NCBI GenBank assembly: GCA_010909165.1
Contig: MU008167.1
Coordinates: 868,001 to 932,000, forward strand
Direction: 5' to 3'
DNA: 64,000 nt
Origin: Anthoceros angustus
Taxonomy: Eukaryota > Plantae > Anthocerotophyta
Made by a program: the position numbers and the translations under genes
Part shown: positions 51,525 to 63,126 of the stretch, piece by piece
How positions within the stretch are numbered: position 1 is the first letter of the stretch
How the letters are laid out: each line of letters opens with the position of its first letter
The notes under the pieces: model-generated
What the model saw: only the letters and a program-made list of their open reading frames with translations
The model's database searches: none
Told to the model about the DNA's origin: nothing

Positions 51525-52045
51525 TGTCATGCCGTGTGATACTAATCTCTGCACTTGGGTTTAGTGTTTGATTAGCATTAATTAATCTAATTACTTATCT
51601 TTAAGTAAGTAATTAGTGTTAATAATCTAAAGTGCATTGATTAGTGTTAATTAAATATGGTTAGCAATAGCTAAGTGGATAAGCTCAAGTAATATGCTTT
51701 GGCATATTCCTTGCATATTATAGTGTATTCTTAGGATACAATAGCTAAGTGGATAAGCTCAAGTATGCTTTGGCATATTCCTTGCATATTATAGTGTATT
51801 CTTAGGATATTTCTGGCATATGCTGATGCCAATAGGATATCTTAGGAATATGCCGATGCCAGGGTCTAGTATATATAGACCCTTCCATTGAGGACAAGCT
51901 CAGATCATAGCTTGTCCTCTAGATATGCAATGCAAGAGCGTGAGGAGGCCAAAGCTATGACGAGAGCGATGTGTGAGGAATTTGCGTGTTGTTCTCGTGG
52001 GGAGAGTGTGTTTGTGCCACGACGCGAGCTACTCCTCCTGTTACA
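51525..52045 (+). repeat. 5' LTR (repeat A1)
   Basis: TGTCA...GTTACA; highly similar to 59826-60257; TATATATA at 51870-51877. Confidence 0.85.
51870..51877 (+). promoter_or_regulatory. LTR TATA box
   Basis: TATATATA inside the inverted repeat AGGGTCTA...TAGACCCT, 32 nt upstream of the inferred start at ~51902; present in both LTR copies. Confidence 0.6.
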
Positions 52046-52056
52046 AGCTATGATCT
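52043..52056 (+). promoter_or_regulatory. Putative self-priming primer-binding site
   Basis: ACAAGCTATGATCT is the exact reverse complement of AGATCATAGCTTGT at 51902-51915. Confidence 0.65.
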
Positions 52057-52084
52057 CGTGTGTACACTAGATAGGCCGTGCTTT

Positions 52085-52530
52085 GATAGGCGATGCTAGG
52101 CGATGCTGGCGATGCTGCGATGCTAGGCGATGCTAGGCGATGCTAGGCGATGCTAGGCGATGCTAGCGATGCTGGCGATGCTAGGCGCTAGGTGACGCTA
52201 GCTAGGCCGTAGGCTAGGCGAGGCTACGCGAGGCACGCTAGTCCAAGCAGGCAAGGGACTCTCAAGTGTGCCCAAGGCTTGAGGCCAGAGAGGGACCAAG
52301 CCCAAGGCCAAGGAGAGGAGGAAGAAGCCCAAGCCAAGGCCAAGGAGAGGAGGCAAGAAGCCCAAGTCCAAGGCCAAGGAGAGGAGGCAAGCCCAAGTCC
52401 AAGGCCAAGGAGAGGAGAAGGCCAAGGCCAAGGAGAGGAGGCGGAAGCCCAAGTCCAAGGCCAAGGAGAGGAGGCGAAGCCCAAGTCCAAGGCCAAGGAG
52501 AGGAGGCGAAGAAGCCCATACCAAGGAGAG
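52085..52530 (+). repeat. Leader minisatellites: 10-bp GCTAGGCGAT array and ~33-bp AAGCCCAAGTCCAAGGCCAAGGAGAGGAGG array
   Basis: Directly visible. Confidence 0.85.
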
Positions 52531-52929
52531 GAATGAGGCCTCCACAAGGGGGGCTGGCCTTTTAAGGCCAACCAACCAAGGGAGAAACAAGAGTATTTTA
52601 CTCTTGGGCCCGGATTCAAGGGATAAGGAGAAGTGGATAGACATGGGTATGTCATCAGTCCATTTGATTTCACTTTCTGTCCAAAACTCCTAGGGTAGTC
52701 GACACCCCATCCAGGTACTGATCCACCCCACGGGTGCTTAACTCGGGAGTTCCTATGCCTTTGCTATCCAACTCACCCAGCTCACGTTTTTGACATGTAG
52801 CCTGCAGAGTATTTGTATGCAATTTAAACATGCATAGATACTTAGAGGTTTCACTAATCACGATCTAAGTTAGCGGGGTGTGTTAACCTTGATTAAGGGT
52901 TTGACCTAGCCACTAACCGCCTGGAGTGC

Positions 52930-54050
52930 ATGCCTGGACACACTCGATCCGGACGGAGCTACCAACCAGCAAGTCCATCGAGCGAATTCAAGTCCCGACC
53001 AAGAGAGAAGTGCGAACACCTCGATTTTGGTACCACCAAGGACGGAGGAACCCAGACACAATCAACAATCTTTGAAGGATCCGTGAGTGGCAACACACAA
53101 GACACGTTAGTGCCGGACAACTCGGAAGCGACAATGAGGAGGACTTGTCTCTTGGAGTCGTCAAGATGGGAGGAGACAAGGATCGAATGGAGTTGTTCAC
53201 AGACGAGCGGCACCTTGCCACCGGAGGACTTCATCGAGAAGTACGGTGGTGCGGAGATGGAATTGAAGACCGGATACACGAAGCGATACGGCTTCATCCA
53301 AATGCCAAAGTACTTGGGGGATGAAGCATTAGCGTGCTATCGCGAGCACAAGGCGAGGTTGTTGAGCGCACATTGGAGGACCAGTGAGTAGCGTTCAAGC
53401 TCGAAGGAACCGGTCAGACAGGCGGTGGCACCGAGTGGCACGATCCCATCAAGAGATGTTTGACATCTTCCTACTGGAGTTTCCTGCAAGCACGGATGAG
53501 AAGATCTCCGAGCCGACACACTTCAAGATGAAGTCGAGACCGCAAGATGGCTTATCAAGAATCGACCGGTTGATGCGTGACACCAAGATCATGAGTGACC
53601 GATCGTCAGAGAAGTACTTGCGGCATTGCCATATGCGCATGAAGGTGCAACAAGCGGTGCAGCACAAGGGCAACACTACACCCTCAAGGAAGTGTACGAG
53701 ATGGTCGACAAGATAGGGCCCGACACTTTCTCTCGTCTTTGTTGCAAGTGATTACTCCAAGACAAGTAGGAGTGGTGGACGACATGACCGACGCGGAGGT
53801 CGAGTGGAGGAGCTCGGCGAGACAAGCCACCCACACCCAAGTGACGAGCCCTGCGTGAGGTGCCGAGGACGGACCATTCCCTCATGAGTGCGAGCATGCC
53901 TGGAGGAGTCAAGGGTGAGGAGCCATGCCCTAGGTGTGGGAGGTATGGGCACAATGAAGCGGCATGTTGGGAGAAGCATCCGAATTGCGGCCTACGGGTT
54001 ATCGGCAACCCCGCCAATGCATCTGCGTCAACCTCATCCACAAAATCAAA
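52930..54050 (+). pseudogene. Gag-like protein with CCHC zinc knuckle
   Basis: Starts MPGHTRSG; CPRCGRYGHNEAACWEKH (CX2CX4HX4C) at ~53926-53980; frameshifted. Confidence 0.75.
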
Positions 54051-54979
54051 AGAGCAAAGGCGCCGTGGAGGAGGCACCGAAGTCCCGTGGACAAAAGAAA
54101 CGGAAGCATCAAAGAAGACGATGGACCATGGCACGCAAAGCCGGAGAAGTTGGTGCGGAAGGCGAAGATCAAGGAGAGAGCAGCATCATCGAGGACGAAG
54201 AAGATGAGCACAAGCTTGGATACATGGCGGTGACCGGATCCAAGGGCAGGAAGAAACCTCTGGCTACGAGAGAAGATAGCTCAGAGGAAGAAGAGGATGT
54301 CTTGACACCGGTCGGAAGACACGGAAGGAAGCTTCGGATCCTCTTCCGAACCTATGCCAAGATGCCAAAGTCGTTTGAGCCATTGCCAACAGGAGCAACT
54401 GGGAGCAACATCAAAGTCCAGTGGGCGATGTGGAGAAACCCATGCAGATTGTCGACGAGACGATGGCACAAAAGCTTGAGATGCCATGTTTCACCTACAA
54501 GACATGGGGTTGAGCGTGAAGGAAGTCAGGGTTTGACCGGATCCAAGGGCAGGAAGAAACCTCTGGCTACGAGAGAAGATAGCTCGAGGAAGAAGAGGAT
54601 GTCTTGACACCGGTCACGGAAGACACGGAAGGAAGCTTGGGATCCTCTTCCGAACCTATGCCAAGATGCCAAAGTCGTTTGAGCCATTGCCAGCAGAACA
54701 GCTGGAGCAACATCAAAGTCAGTGGGCGATGTGGAGAAACCCATGCGATTCTTGGCGAGACGATGGCACAAAAGCTTGAGATGCCATGTTTGACCTACAA
54801 GACATGGGGTTGAGCGTGAAGGAAGTCGGGGTTTGACTCGGCGGATGTTGACAACCCTTGAAGACGAAGCAAGTGTCCAAGATTTGCCATGTGGCAGCAA
54901 TGATGTCATTCGACCTCGAGCCAAGCATCTCGTGGAGAAGCGGAATCGCACGAGTGGGAGTGGCTTTGGTCAACAATCG

Positions 54980-55310
54980 GAGAGGCACATTGAAATCAAT
55001 GGATTCGCACCAAGGAGGGTGTTGATTGACACCGAGCACACCGGTGATCGTTGGAAGAAGAGTGAAGGAAGCGTTGGGTCTCCACCAAGAAAGGTTGAAG
55101 GAAACCAAGTGGAAGATCCGACTGGGACCACGAGCATGTGTTGGGGTGACAAGGTACATGTCAAGGTTTCATTCAAACCAAGAACAGCAGACTTCACCTT
55201 TGTCGAGGTACACCGCTTGGTCACCGATGCGACATTTGATGTCTTGGGAGCGACGCTTTGTACAAACCTCGAGTCATGGTGGATTTGTGGACGGAGATGC
55301 CTACTATCGA
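54980..55310 (+). pseudogene. Retroviral-type aspartic protease (second copy ~56710-57020)
   Basis: IEINGFAPRRVLIDTGA (intact at 56748-56768) ...PVIVG...TFDVLG. Confidence 0.8.
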
Positions 55311-55706
55311 CAGCCGAGAAGCGGAGCAAAACCGATGAACGGATTGCCCGCATCCCTCTGCAGCTGCATGGCAAGGATCATGAGAACCTCATTGCCAACA
55401 GCGTCTACCCAGTGTTTGGCGCCATAGTGAAGGACACGCCATACGTGCTTGAACCTCTTGGCGTGTGTCTAACAACCGCAACTGACCTGATGGAGGATTT
55501 CGACGAGGAGGAGGAAAACAAGCTAGGGTTGCAACCACCCTCGGAGGAGGTTCTTCAAGTCAGCCGGACGGAGCTGGTGACTGCAAAGAATGAGCCGTGC
55601 AAAAGCCGTGGAGGATGGTGCAAGAGGACCAAGGTCCTATGAGCCGAGAACTGTAAGTTCTTGCCTAGGGTTGAGCCTGTTTGTGACCTAAACACCAGGT
55701 CATCAC

Positions 55707-58700
55707 ATGGCGACCTCGGAAGGCATAGTGCTCGTGGAACTCTTTGGAGGCATCGACCGGCTTGAAGTGCTAAAGTGTGGCATCAAAGTGCGAAGATACG
55801 TGCATTGTGACCCGGATCCAAAAGCAAGGATTGTGTCGCGAGCCGTAAGAGACTTGATGGGGAGTACCTAACCTCCCGACGTGGAGTCGTGAAGGGTTAC
55901 CGGCGCCGATGGATGTTCGCATGATAGGGTTGTCCCATTTGAGTTGTCTTGGGCAACCGGTGGACCTTGTCATCGCAGTTGGGAGTGTCAAGGACTATCC
56001 TCTGCGGGCAAGGGTCAAGGTCAAGGATCCACGAACAGCATTGTTCTATGACCGATGAGGATCTTGCGCTTGATCCAAGGCAAGAAAGGCCTTGTGGATA
56101 CATGTTGGAGAATGTGCCAAGATGCATGAGCGTGAAGAAGCAAGTCCAGGAGGATTTTGCCACGATCCGAGGAGTGTTGGGTCAGGAGCTTCTATTGGAT
56201 GCAGCTCAATTTGGTTCGAGGGCTCATAGGTTGAGGTCCATGTGGACTAACCTTGCTCCTTGGAACATTTGAAGTGTGCGAGGTCGCTCACCAAGCGACC
56301 TAATCATGTTGTCAAGGATGTGCTAGCATCGGAAGGCATGCCCAACAAGTCATCAAGACAAGCCGCACTTCCGTGAACACGCCTGACACCCCATGGCGGC
56401 TTGGCCAACCTTTGTGTCCAAGTCCAAGTCTTACGCCTTGGGGAACCATGGCCCGGCGTTGTGGTGATGACATGGCGAGGTTTTGGGAGAGCCAACACGA
56501 GAGGGAGTTGGCCATGGATTTGATGAGCCACGAAGACACCGGAGTGACCGAGAAGGAAGTCAGGGTTTGACTCGGATGTTGACAACCCTTGAAGACGAAG
56601 CAAGTGTCCAAGATGTGCACAGTGGCAATGATGTCATTCGACCTCGAGCCAAGCATCTCGTGGAGAAGCGGAATGCCGCACGAGTGGGAGTGGCTTTGGT
56701 CAACAATCGAGAGGCACATTGAAATCAATGGATTCGCACCAAGGAGGGTGTTGATTGACACCGGAGCACGGTGATCGTTGGAAGAAGAGTGAAGGAAGCG
56801 TTGGGTCTCCACCAAGAAAGGTTGAAGGAAACCAAGTGGAAGATCCACCGGGACCACGGAGCATGTGTTGGGGTGACAAGGTACAAGCTGAAGGTTTCAT
56901 TCAAACCAAGAACAGCAGACTTCACCTTTGTCGAGGTACACTTGGTCACCGATGCGTATACATTTGATGTCTTCTGGAGCGGACGCTTTGTACAAACCTC
57001 GAGTCATGGTGGATTTGTGGACGGAGATACTATCGACCAGCCGGAGAAGCCGGAGCAAAACCGATGAACGGATTGCCCGCATCCCTCTGCACTGCATGGC
57101 AAGGATCATGAGAACCTCATTGCCAACAGCGTCTACCCAGTGTTTGGCCAGAGTGAAGGACACGCCATACGTGCTTGAACCTCTTGGCGTGTGTCTAACA
57201 ACCGCAATCGACTGATGGAGGATTTCGAGGAGGAGGAAACAAGCTAGGGTTGCAACCACCCTGAGGAGGTTCTTCAAGTCACGGACGGAGCTGGTGATCG
57301 CAGAATGAGCCGTGCAAAAGCTGTGGAGGATGGTGCAAGAGGACCGGTCCTATGAGCCGAGAACTGTAAGTTCTTGCCTAGGGTTGAGCCAGGACCTAAA
57401 CACCTGTCATCACATGGCGACCTCGGAAGGCATAGTGCTCGTGGAACTCTTTGGAGGCATCGACGGCCAGGTGCTAAAGTGTGGCATCAAAGTGCGAAGA
57501 TACGTGCATTGTGACCCGGATCCAAAAGCAAGGATTGTGTCACGAGCGCGTAAGAGACTTGATGGGGAGTACCTAACCTCGACGTGGGAGTCGTGAAGGG
57601 TTACCGGCGCCGATGGATGTTCGCATGATAGGGTTGTCCCATTTGAGTTGTCTTGGGCAACCGTGGACCTTGTCATCGCAGTTGGGAGTGTCAAGGACTA
57701 TCCTCTGCAGTAAGGGTCAAGGTCAAGGATCCACGAACAGCATTGTTCTATGACTGATGAGGATCTTGCGCTTGATCCAAAAGGGCAAGAAAGGCCTTGT
57801 GGATACATGTTGGAGAATGTGCCAGATGCATGAGCGTGAAGAAGCAAGTTCAGGAGGACTTTGCCACGATCCGAGGAGGGTCGAGCTTCTATTGGATGCA
57901 GCTCAATTTGGTTCGAGGGCTCATAGGTTGAGGTCCATGTGGACTAACCTTGCTCCCTTGGAACATTTGAAGTGCGAGGTCGCTCACCAAGCGACCTAAT
58001 CATGTTGTCAAGGATGTGCTAGCATCGGAAGGCATGCCCAACAAGTCATCAAGACAAGCCGCCGCACTTCGTGAACACGCCTGACACCCCATGGCGGCTT
58101 GGCCAACCTTTGTGTCCAAGTCCAAGTCTTACGCCTTCAGGAACCATTTTGTGCCAGACATGGCGAGGTTTTGGGAGAGCCAACACCACAGAGAGGGAGT
58201 TGGCCATGGATTTGGAGCCACAAGACACCGGAGTGACCGAGAAGGAACGGTGTCGATTGCTTGGGCAAGCATTTGACGTGAACATGATGACTGGTTGTTT
58301 AGCTACCGAGTCGCTACCAACTTCAAAACCGAAGGCGGGGTTGAAGCGGGTTCGGTGGGTGAAGGACATTCCAAGACTCGCATCTCAACAGAGAAGGCGA
58401 GTTTGGAGGGCAAGGAGAGAGAGGAAGCGCAAGCCATCCGAGCCACAACCACATGAGTGGTTAAGGCCGAGTTGAAGAGCAATCAACGGCCACCTAAAGG
58501 AGTTGTTGGAGGCATCGCGACATGTGTTTGCTTTCACGCTATGGAGATGGGGAAGTACACCAAAGGGAAGTTCCACATAGAACTAATCAAGAATGAACCA
58601 AGGTTCCGCAGGAGGCAGCTCGAAGGCAAGAAGAAAATGACGAGCAACCGGGGGAGAGTAGTCCACATGACAGCGATGAGGATCTTGCGCTTGATCCGAA

Positions 58701-59210
58701 AGGGCAAGAAAGGCCTTGTGGATACATGTTGGAGAATGTGCCAGATGCATGAGCGTGAAGAAGCAAGTTCAGGAGGACTTTGCCACGATCCGAGGAGGGT
58801 CGAGCTTCTATTGGATGCAGCTCAATTTGGTTCGAGGGCTCATAGGTTGAGGTCCATGTGGACTAACCTTGCTCCCTTGGAACATTTGAAGTGCGAGGTC
58901 GCTCACCAAGCGACCTAATCATGTTGTCAAGGATGTGCTAGCATCGGAAGGCATGCCCAACAAGTCATCAAGACAAGCCGCCGCACTTCGTGAACACGCC
59001 TGACACCCCATGGCGGCTTGGCCAACCTTTGTGTCTAAGTCCAAGTCTTACGCCTTCAGGAACCATTTTGTGCCAGACATGGCGAGGTTTTGGGAGAGCC
59101 AACACCACAGAGAGGGAGTTGGCCATGGATTTGGAGCCACAAGACACCGGAGTGACCGAGAAGGAACGGTGTCGATTGCTTGGGCAAGCATTTGACGTGA
59201 ACATGACCGT
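55707..59210 (+). pseudogene. DNMT3-like C5-cytosine DNA methyltransferase domain, in about 3 tandem partial copies
   Basis: Motif I VLVELFGGI; KVRRYVHCD; motif IV DLVIA.WECQGLSSAG (WECQ 55980-55991); RTALFYD; motif VI YMLENV (ENV 56108-56116); motif VIII AHRLRSMWTNL; IX ERELAM; X RCRLLGQAFDVN. Confidence 0.9.
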
Positions 59211-59825
59211 TGTTTAGCTACCGAGTCGCTACCAACTTCAAACCAAGAAGGCGGGGTTGAAGCAGGGTTCGGTGGGTGAAGGATATTCGCACTCGCATCT
59301 CAGGAGAAGGCGAGTTTGAGGGCAAGGAGAGCGAGTGAGAGGAAGCGCAAGCCATCCGAGCCACACCACATGAGTGGTTAACAGCGCCGAGTTGAAGAGC
59401 AATCAACGCGGCTAAAGGAGTTGTTGGAGGCATCGCGACATGTGTTTGCTTTCACGCTTGGAGATGGGGAAGTACACCAAAGGGAAGTTCCACATAGAAC
59501 TAATCAAGAATGAACCAGTGTTCGCAGGAGGCACGCTCGAAGGCAAGAAGAAAATGACGAGCAACCGGGGGAGAGTAGTCCACATGCCATGAGGATGTCA
59601 AGACAACCTCCACTCATGGACAAGGTTCATAACCTCGACGACATTCGTTGAGATTGGTTTTGTGCACAATGCGCTACATGAGGTGCGACGTGTAGTCTAC
59701 TAATGATAATGTTTTGACTTAGAGTCTCACATTATCGTGGTTGCACCTATATATCCGTATTAGATTTGTTTGCTTGGTTGTTGGTCGAGGAAGTGCTTAT
59801 ATGAATTCAAGTGCTTACCTGCGCA

Positions 59826-60353
59826 TGTACCGCCTGCGTGATACTAATCTCGCACTTGGGTTTAGTGTTTGATTAGCATTAATTAATCTAATTACTTATC
59901 TTTAAGTAAGTAATTAGTGTTAATAATCTAAAGTGCTTATGTTAATTAAACATTGATTACTGTTAATTAAACATCAAGTAATATGCTTTGGCATATTCCT
60001 TGCATATTATAGTGTATTCTTAGGATATTTCCGGCATATGCTGATGCCAATAGGATATCTTAGGAATATGCCGATGCCAAGGGCTAGTATATATAGACCC
60101 TTCCATTGAGGACAAGCTCGATCATAGCTTGTCCTCTAGATATGCAATGCAAGAGCGTCAGGAGGAGGCCAAAGCTATGACCAGAGCAATGTGTGAGGAA
60201 TTTTGCGTGTTGTTCTCGTAAGAGTGTGTTTGTGCCACGCGAGCTACTCCTCCTGTTGTTATTGGTTGTACTATATATCCGTATTAGATTTGTTTGCTTG
60301 GTTGTTGGTCGAGGAAGTGCTTATATGAATTCAAGTGCTTACCTCGTGCGACA
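59826..60353 (+). repeat. 3' terminal repeat: A2 (59826-60257) + B2 (60258-60353)
   Basis: A2 matches the 5' LTR; B2 shares 74 identical bp (60271-60344) with 59747-59820, just upstream of A2. Confidence 0.85.
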
Positions 60354-61100
60354 ACACCCTGGACACAACCCCGGGCATTCATCTAGTGCAACCATGCCAT
60401 GAACTTCTGGTCTCCTCCGTGCTGATGACTTACTCTTGGCCTCCACGACCAAATGGGGATTGCAGAAGCAACTCGATGTACTACAAGAATTTTGCCACAC
60501 CAAAGCTATCCCTATGAACATGCGCAAGACTCGCTCCATGCACTTCAACGCCAACATTTCAACCCTAGGATGACAACCCCTGCACATCAACGGGCCGGAC
60601 ATCACCATAGCAACATAGTACATATACCTGGGAGTTGATGTTGATGAGAAGAATATCAAGGTGCTTCATCAAATCTATTTGGCAAGCTAATACTAAGCCG
60701 GAATTGAGGAGCTCATCAAGTTTACAACAATGAAACACATAGGCCTTGTAAACCATGGAGTCATAGCATGACACGTGGGACCAACACACGGCTTAGGATA
60801 TCACATGATCTTTCTCATGACCCAAGGACTATTAATTTCACAAAGAAGTAAACTGAAAGATAGTCTTGCTCTATATAGTCTCTCACACGGGACAAATCAT
60901 TTAGGGCTCCAAGTAGCTCACTGTCCTCTTGACGATTTAATCAGCCTTTGCTGGCTCAGCTCTTTACTTACCAACAGAGTACGCAACAAAGAGTGGCTAT
61001 CAACACCCTTCCGACTACTGTTCTTGACTCAAGACAAACTCTCATCTAACTCTCCCCCAAGCTAGCTGTCCACAATGTTCTAACCAATAATGTCTTAGGA
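60354..61100 (+). mobile_element. LINE reverse transcriptase remnant, 3' part
   Basis: GLLRADDLLL (YADD equivalent), YIYLGV; continues the frame broken at 51524. End coordinate approximate. Confidence 0.75.
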
Positions 61101-63126
61101 ATGATCTACGTTCCAAGAGCTCACCTTCTTATATCCCGCAGCTCACTCCATCTGGGTAACTGTTATTTCAGGGATATCCTCATGTGATCTCTCGATATAG
61201 ACTCCTTTCTAGGAAAACAGGAATGCGACCTTTTGTCCCAATATGCAGCTACGAGGGCAAGCAACTTCCAAGTAGCTTTTACTTTCACCTCATATTTCAT
61301 TTTATTTTTCACTTTTTCACCTCTTCTACTAAAGCCTCTTACAATATTCCTTTTAAGAAATCTTCGTCTTGATAAGTTATCCATTTATGACATCCATATA
61401 TCTACTATGTACTCAATGTCAAGATATATCATATGCATATTATAAAATATTTAAAATGAGTTTTTAATACTTATATTAAGTTATTAAATAGAATTATACT
61501 GGTTGCCGGAATTACAGCGACCCGTATTTTGAACTTAGCAGAAAGGCTGAGACCTATGTGAGCTTAGCACAAAAGGGTAGTTGTGAGCTTAGCATAAGAA
61601 GAACTAGTCTCACAGTAGGTTTAGTTCATGCAAGCCGTTTGGGAGTGCTAAAGACCGATTCAAAGGAGACGGTGCGATTCCTGCTGGAGATGGCCGCGCT
61701 GTTGGGTCCAAACCACGGCGAGGACGCGGAACCGAGGGATAACATTGTGGGACTGATCATCACCCGGGAATGGAAGAAACGTTGCAGCGGTCTGGCACCC
61801 ATCGCGCTATGGGTGACAAAGACGTCTGAAGCTGATGTTTTGATGGAACTGGTATGCGCCGCTAAAGGAAGCGAAAATCCCGTAACCTTGGGACCGGCCA
61901 GTTTTTGTTTGCATGCACATGTGCTCCTGGGACGTGCTCGGAAGGTATGGCGTCCGGACCCATACATGTATCTTGTTGCATAGCTGTAGACTTGTAAGGC
62001 TTTAAATTTGCAGCATCCAGTCTGAGTCGATATCGGTCTCATATGCATTCTGCTGAAGCTGGGCCGAAGTATTACCGTAGTGTTTTGTGATAAGCTGGAC
62101 GCACGTTGAGTGGTACCGCCTTTGAGACGCATGCTAATATCGTGCCACGGTCAGAGAAGTCTTGGCGGAAGCACATTTGGGTGAAGCTGAAGAGAGATCG
62201 GTTTTACAATGTAGTCAAAGTCAGGGCTTTCAGAGAATTGTTCAAGAGGGCCGAGAGGCTCAAGGTGGGCTGATACGTGCATGCATGCATGCCTGCCTGA
62301 TGTATGATGTTCACTGTTGTTGAGACAATTTAGGCAGACCTGACATGTGCTCATCATGTCTTGCACCAAAGAGAGAGCGGTGGCCCTATGGCAACAGACG
62401 ACAATGCTGATGGTAGGACATAAGCATACAGTTTTCATTGTTGATTGCAACTTATAGCTTTGAGGCATGTTGAGAATTCTCACATACAAGGTATGTGCTC
62501 TACTGTACAATCTACATACTGATTCGGTTTGTGTGAACTTGGAGCAGAGGATTCAGAGGAGAAATTGGAGCCACAATGTGGATTCCCTTTCTTGTTTTCG
62601 GACGATTCAGATGACGAGGAGAATTGGGAGTGAGATGGATCTAGATCAGCGGGTGGTCCTCAATATTACAGTACTAATGCTGCTGCAATGCAGCTCGACG
62701 TGCGAGCTGCTCAACATGTTTTTTCTGTCATGATCACTGTAGCTACAGTTTTGCAGGATATACACTTACAGATAGATGCCATGTGCATCTTGCCGGATAG
62801 ATGCCACTTGCAGTTATCTATGTCGGAAAGTGAAACAAAAGGAGTTTCAAGCTTCCCTGTTAGCTTAAAATTAAGTACCTGCAAAGCGATTGAGATCTGG
62901 AACAATTGGCTGAATGTCAACCGACGCTCTGCCGGGATACACTATAATATCAGCATGACAATTTAAGGACTACTTTACTCGAACTCCCCCCGCGCAAAAA
63001 GCAACTTCTCCGTTATACTTTTGCAATGCCTTGGAAGCCTTCGAAGTACATATTAGTTGATCATATGGAGCATTGCCTTCAAACAAGCAAACAAATTGTC
63101 AAAGATCATTTGGCTGCGGGAATGTA

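Larger units (their letters stand above)
51525..60353 (+). mobile_element. Ty3/Gypsy-like retrotransposon carrying a C5 DNA methyltransferase; RT/RNase H/integrase absent
   Basis: TGTC...GACA termini, 4-bp TSD ACAC (51521-51524 / 60354-60357); removing it restores the LINE frame LKTLQDT|LDTTPGIHL; direct repeats 51525-52045 and 59826-60257. Confidence 0.9.

Noticed and set aside
52046-52930. Canonical tRNA primer-binding site and polypurine tract for the Gypsy-like element
   Set aside because: No TGGTATCAGAGC-like or other TGG-initiated site after the LTR, and no purine run before 59826.
61558-62966. Possible host exons, including a PWHDISMRLKG stretch reminiscent of phospholipase D (minus strand, ~62120-62150)
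   Set aside because: An in-frame stop directly precedes the motif, no HKD motif is visible, and I cannot build a consistent exon chain.
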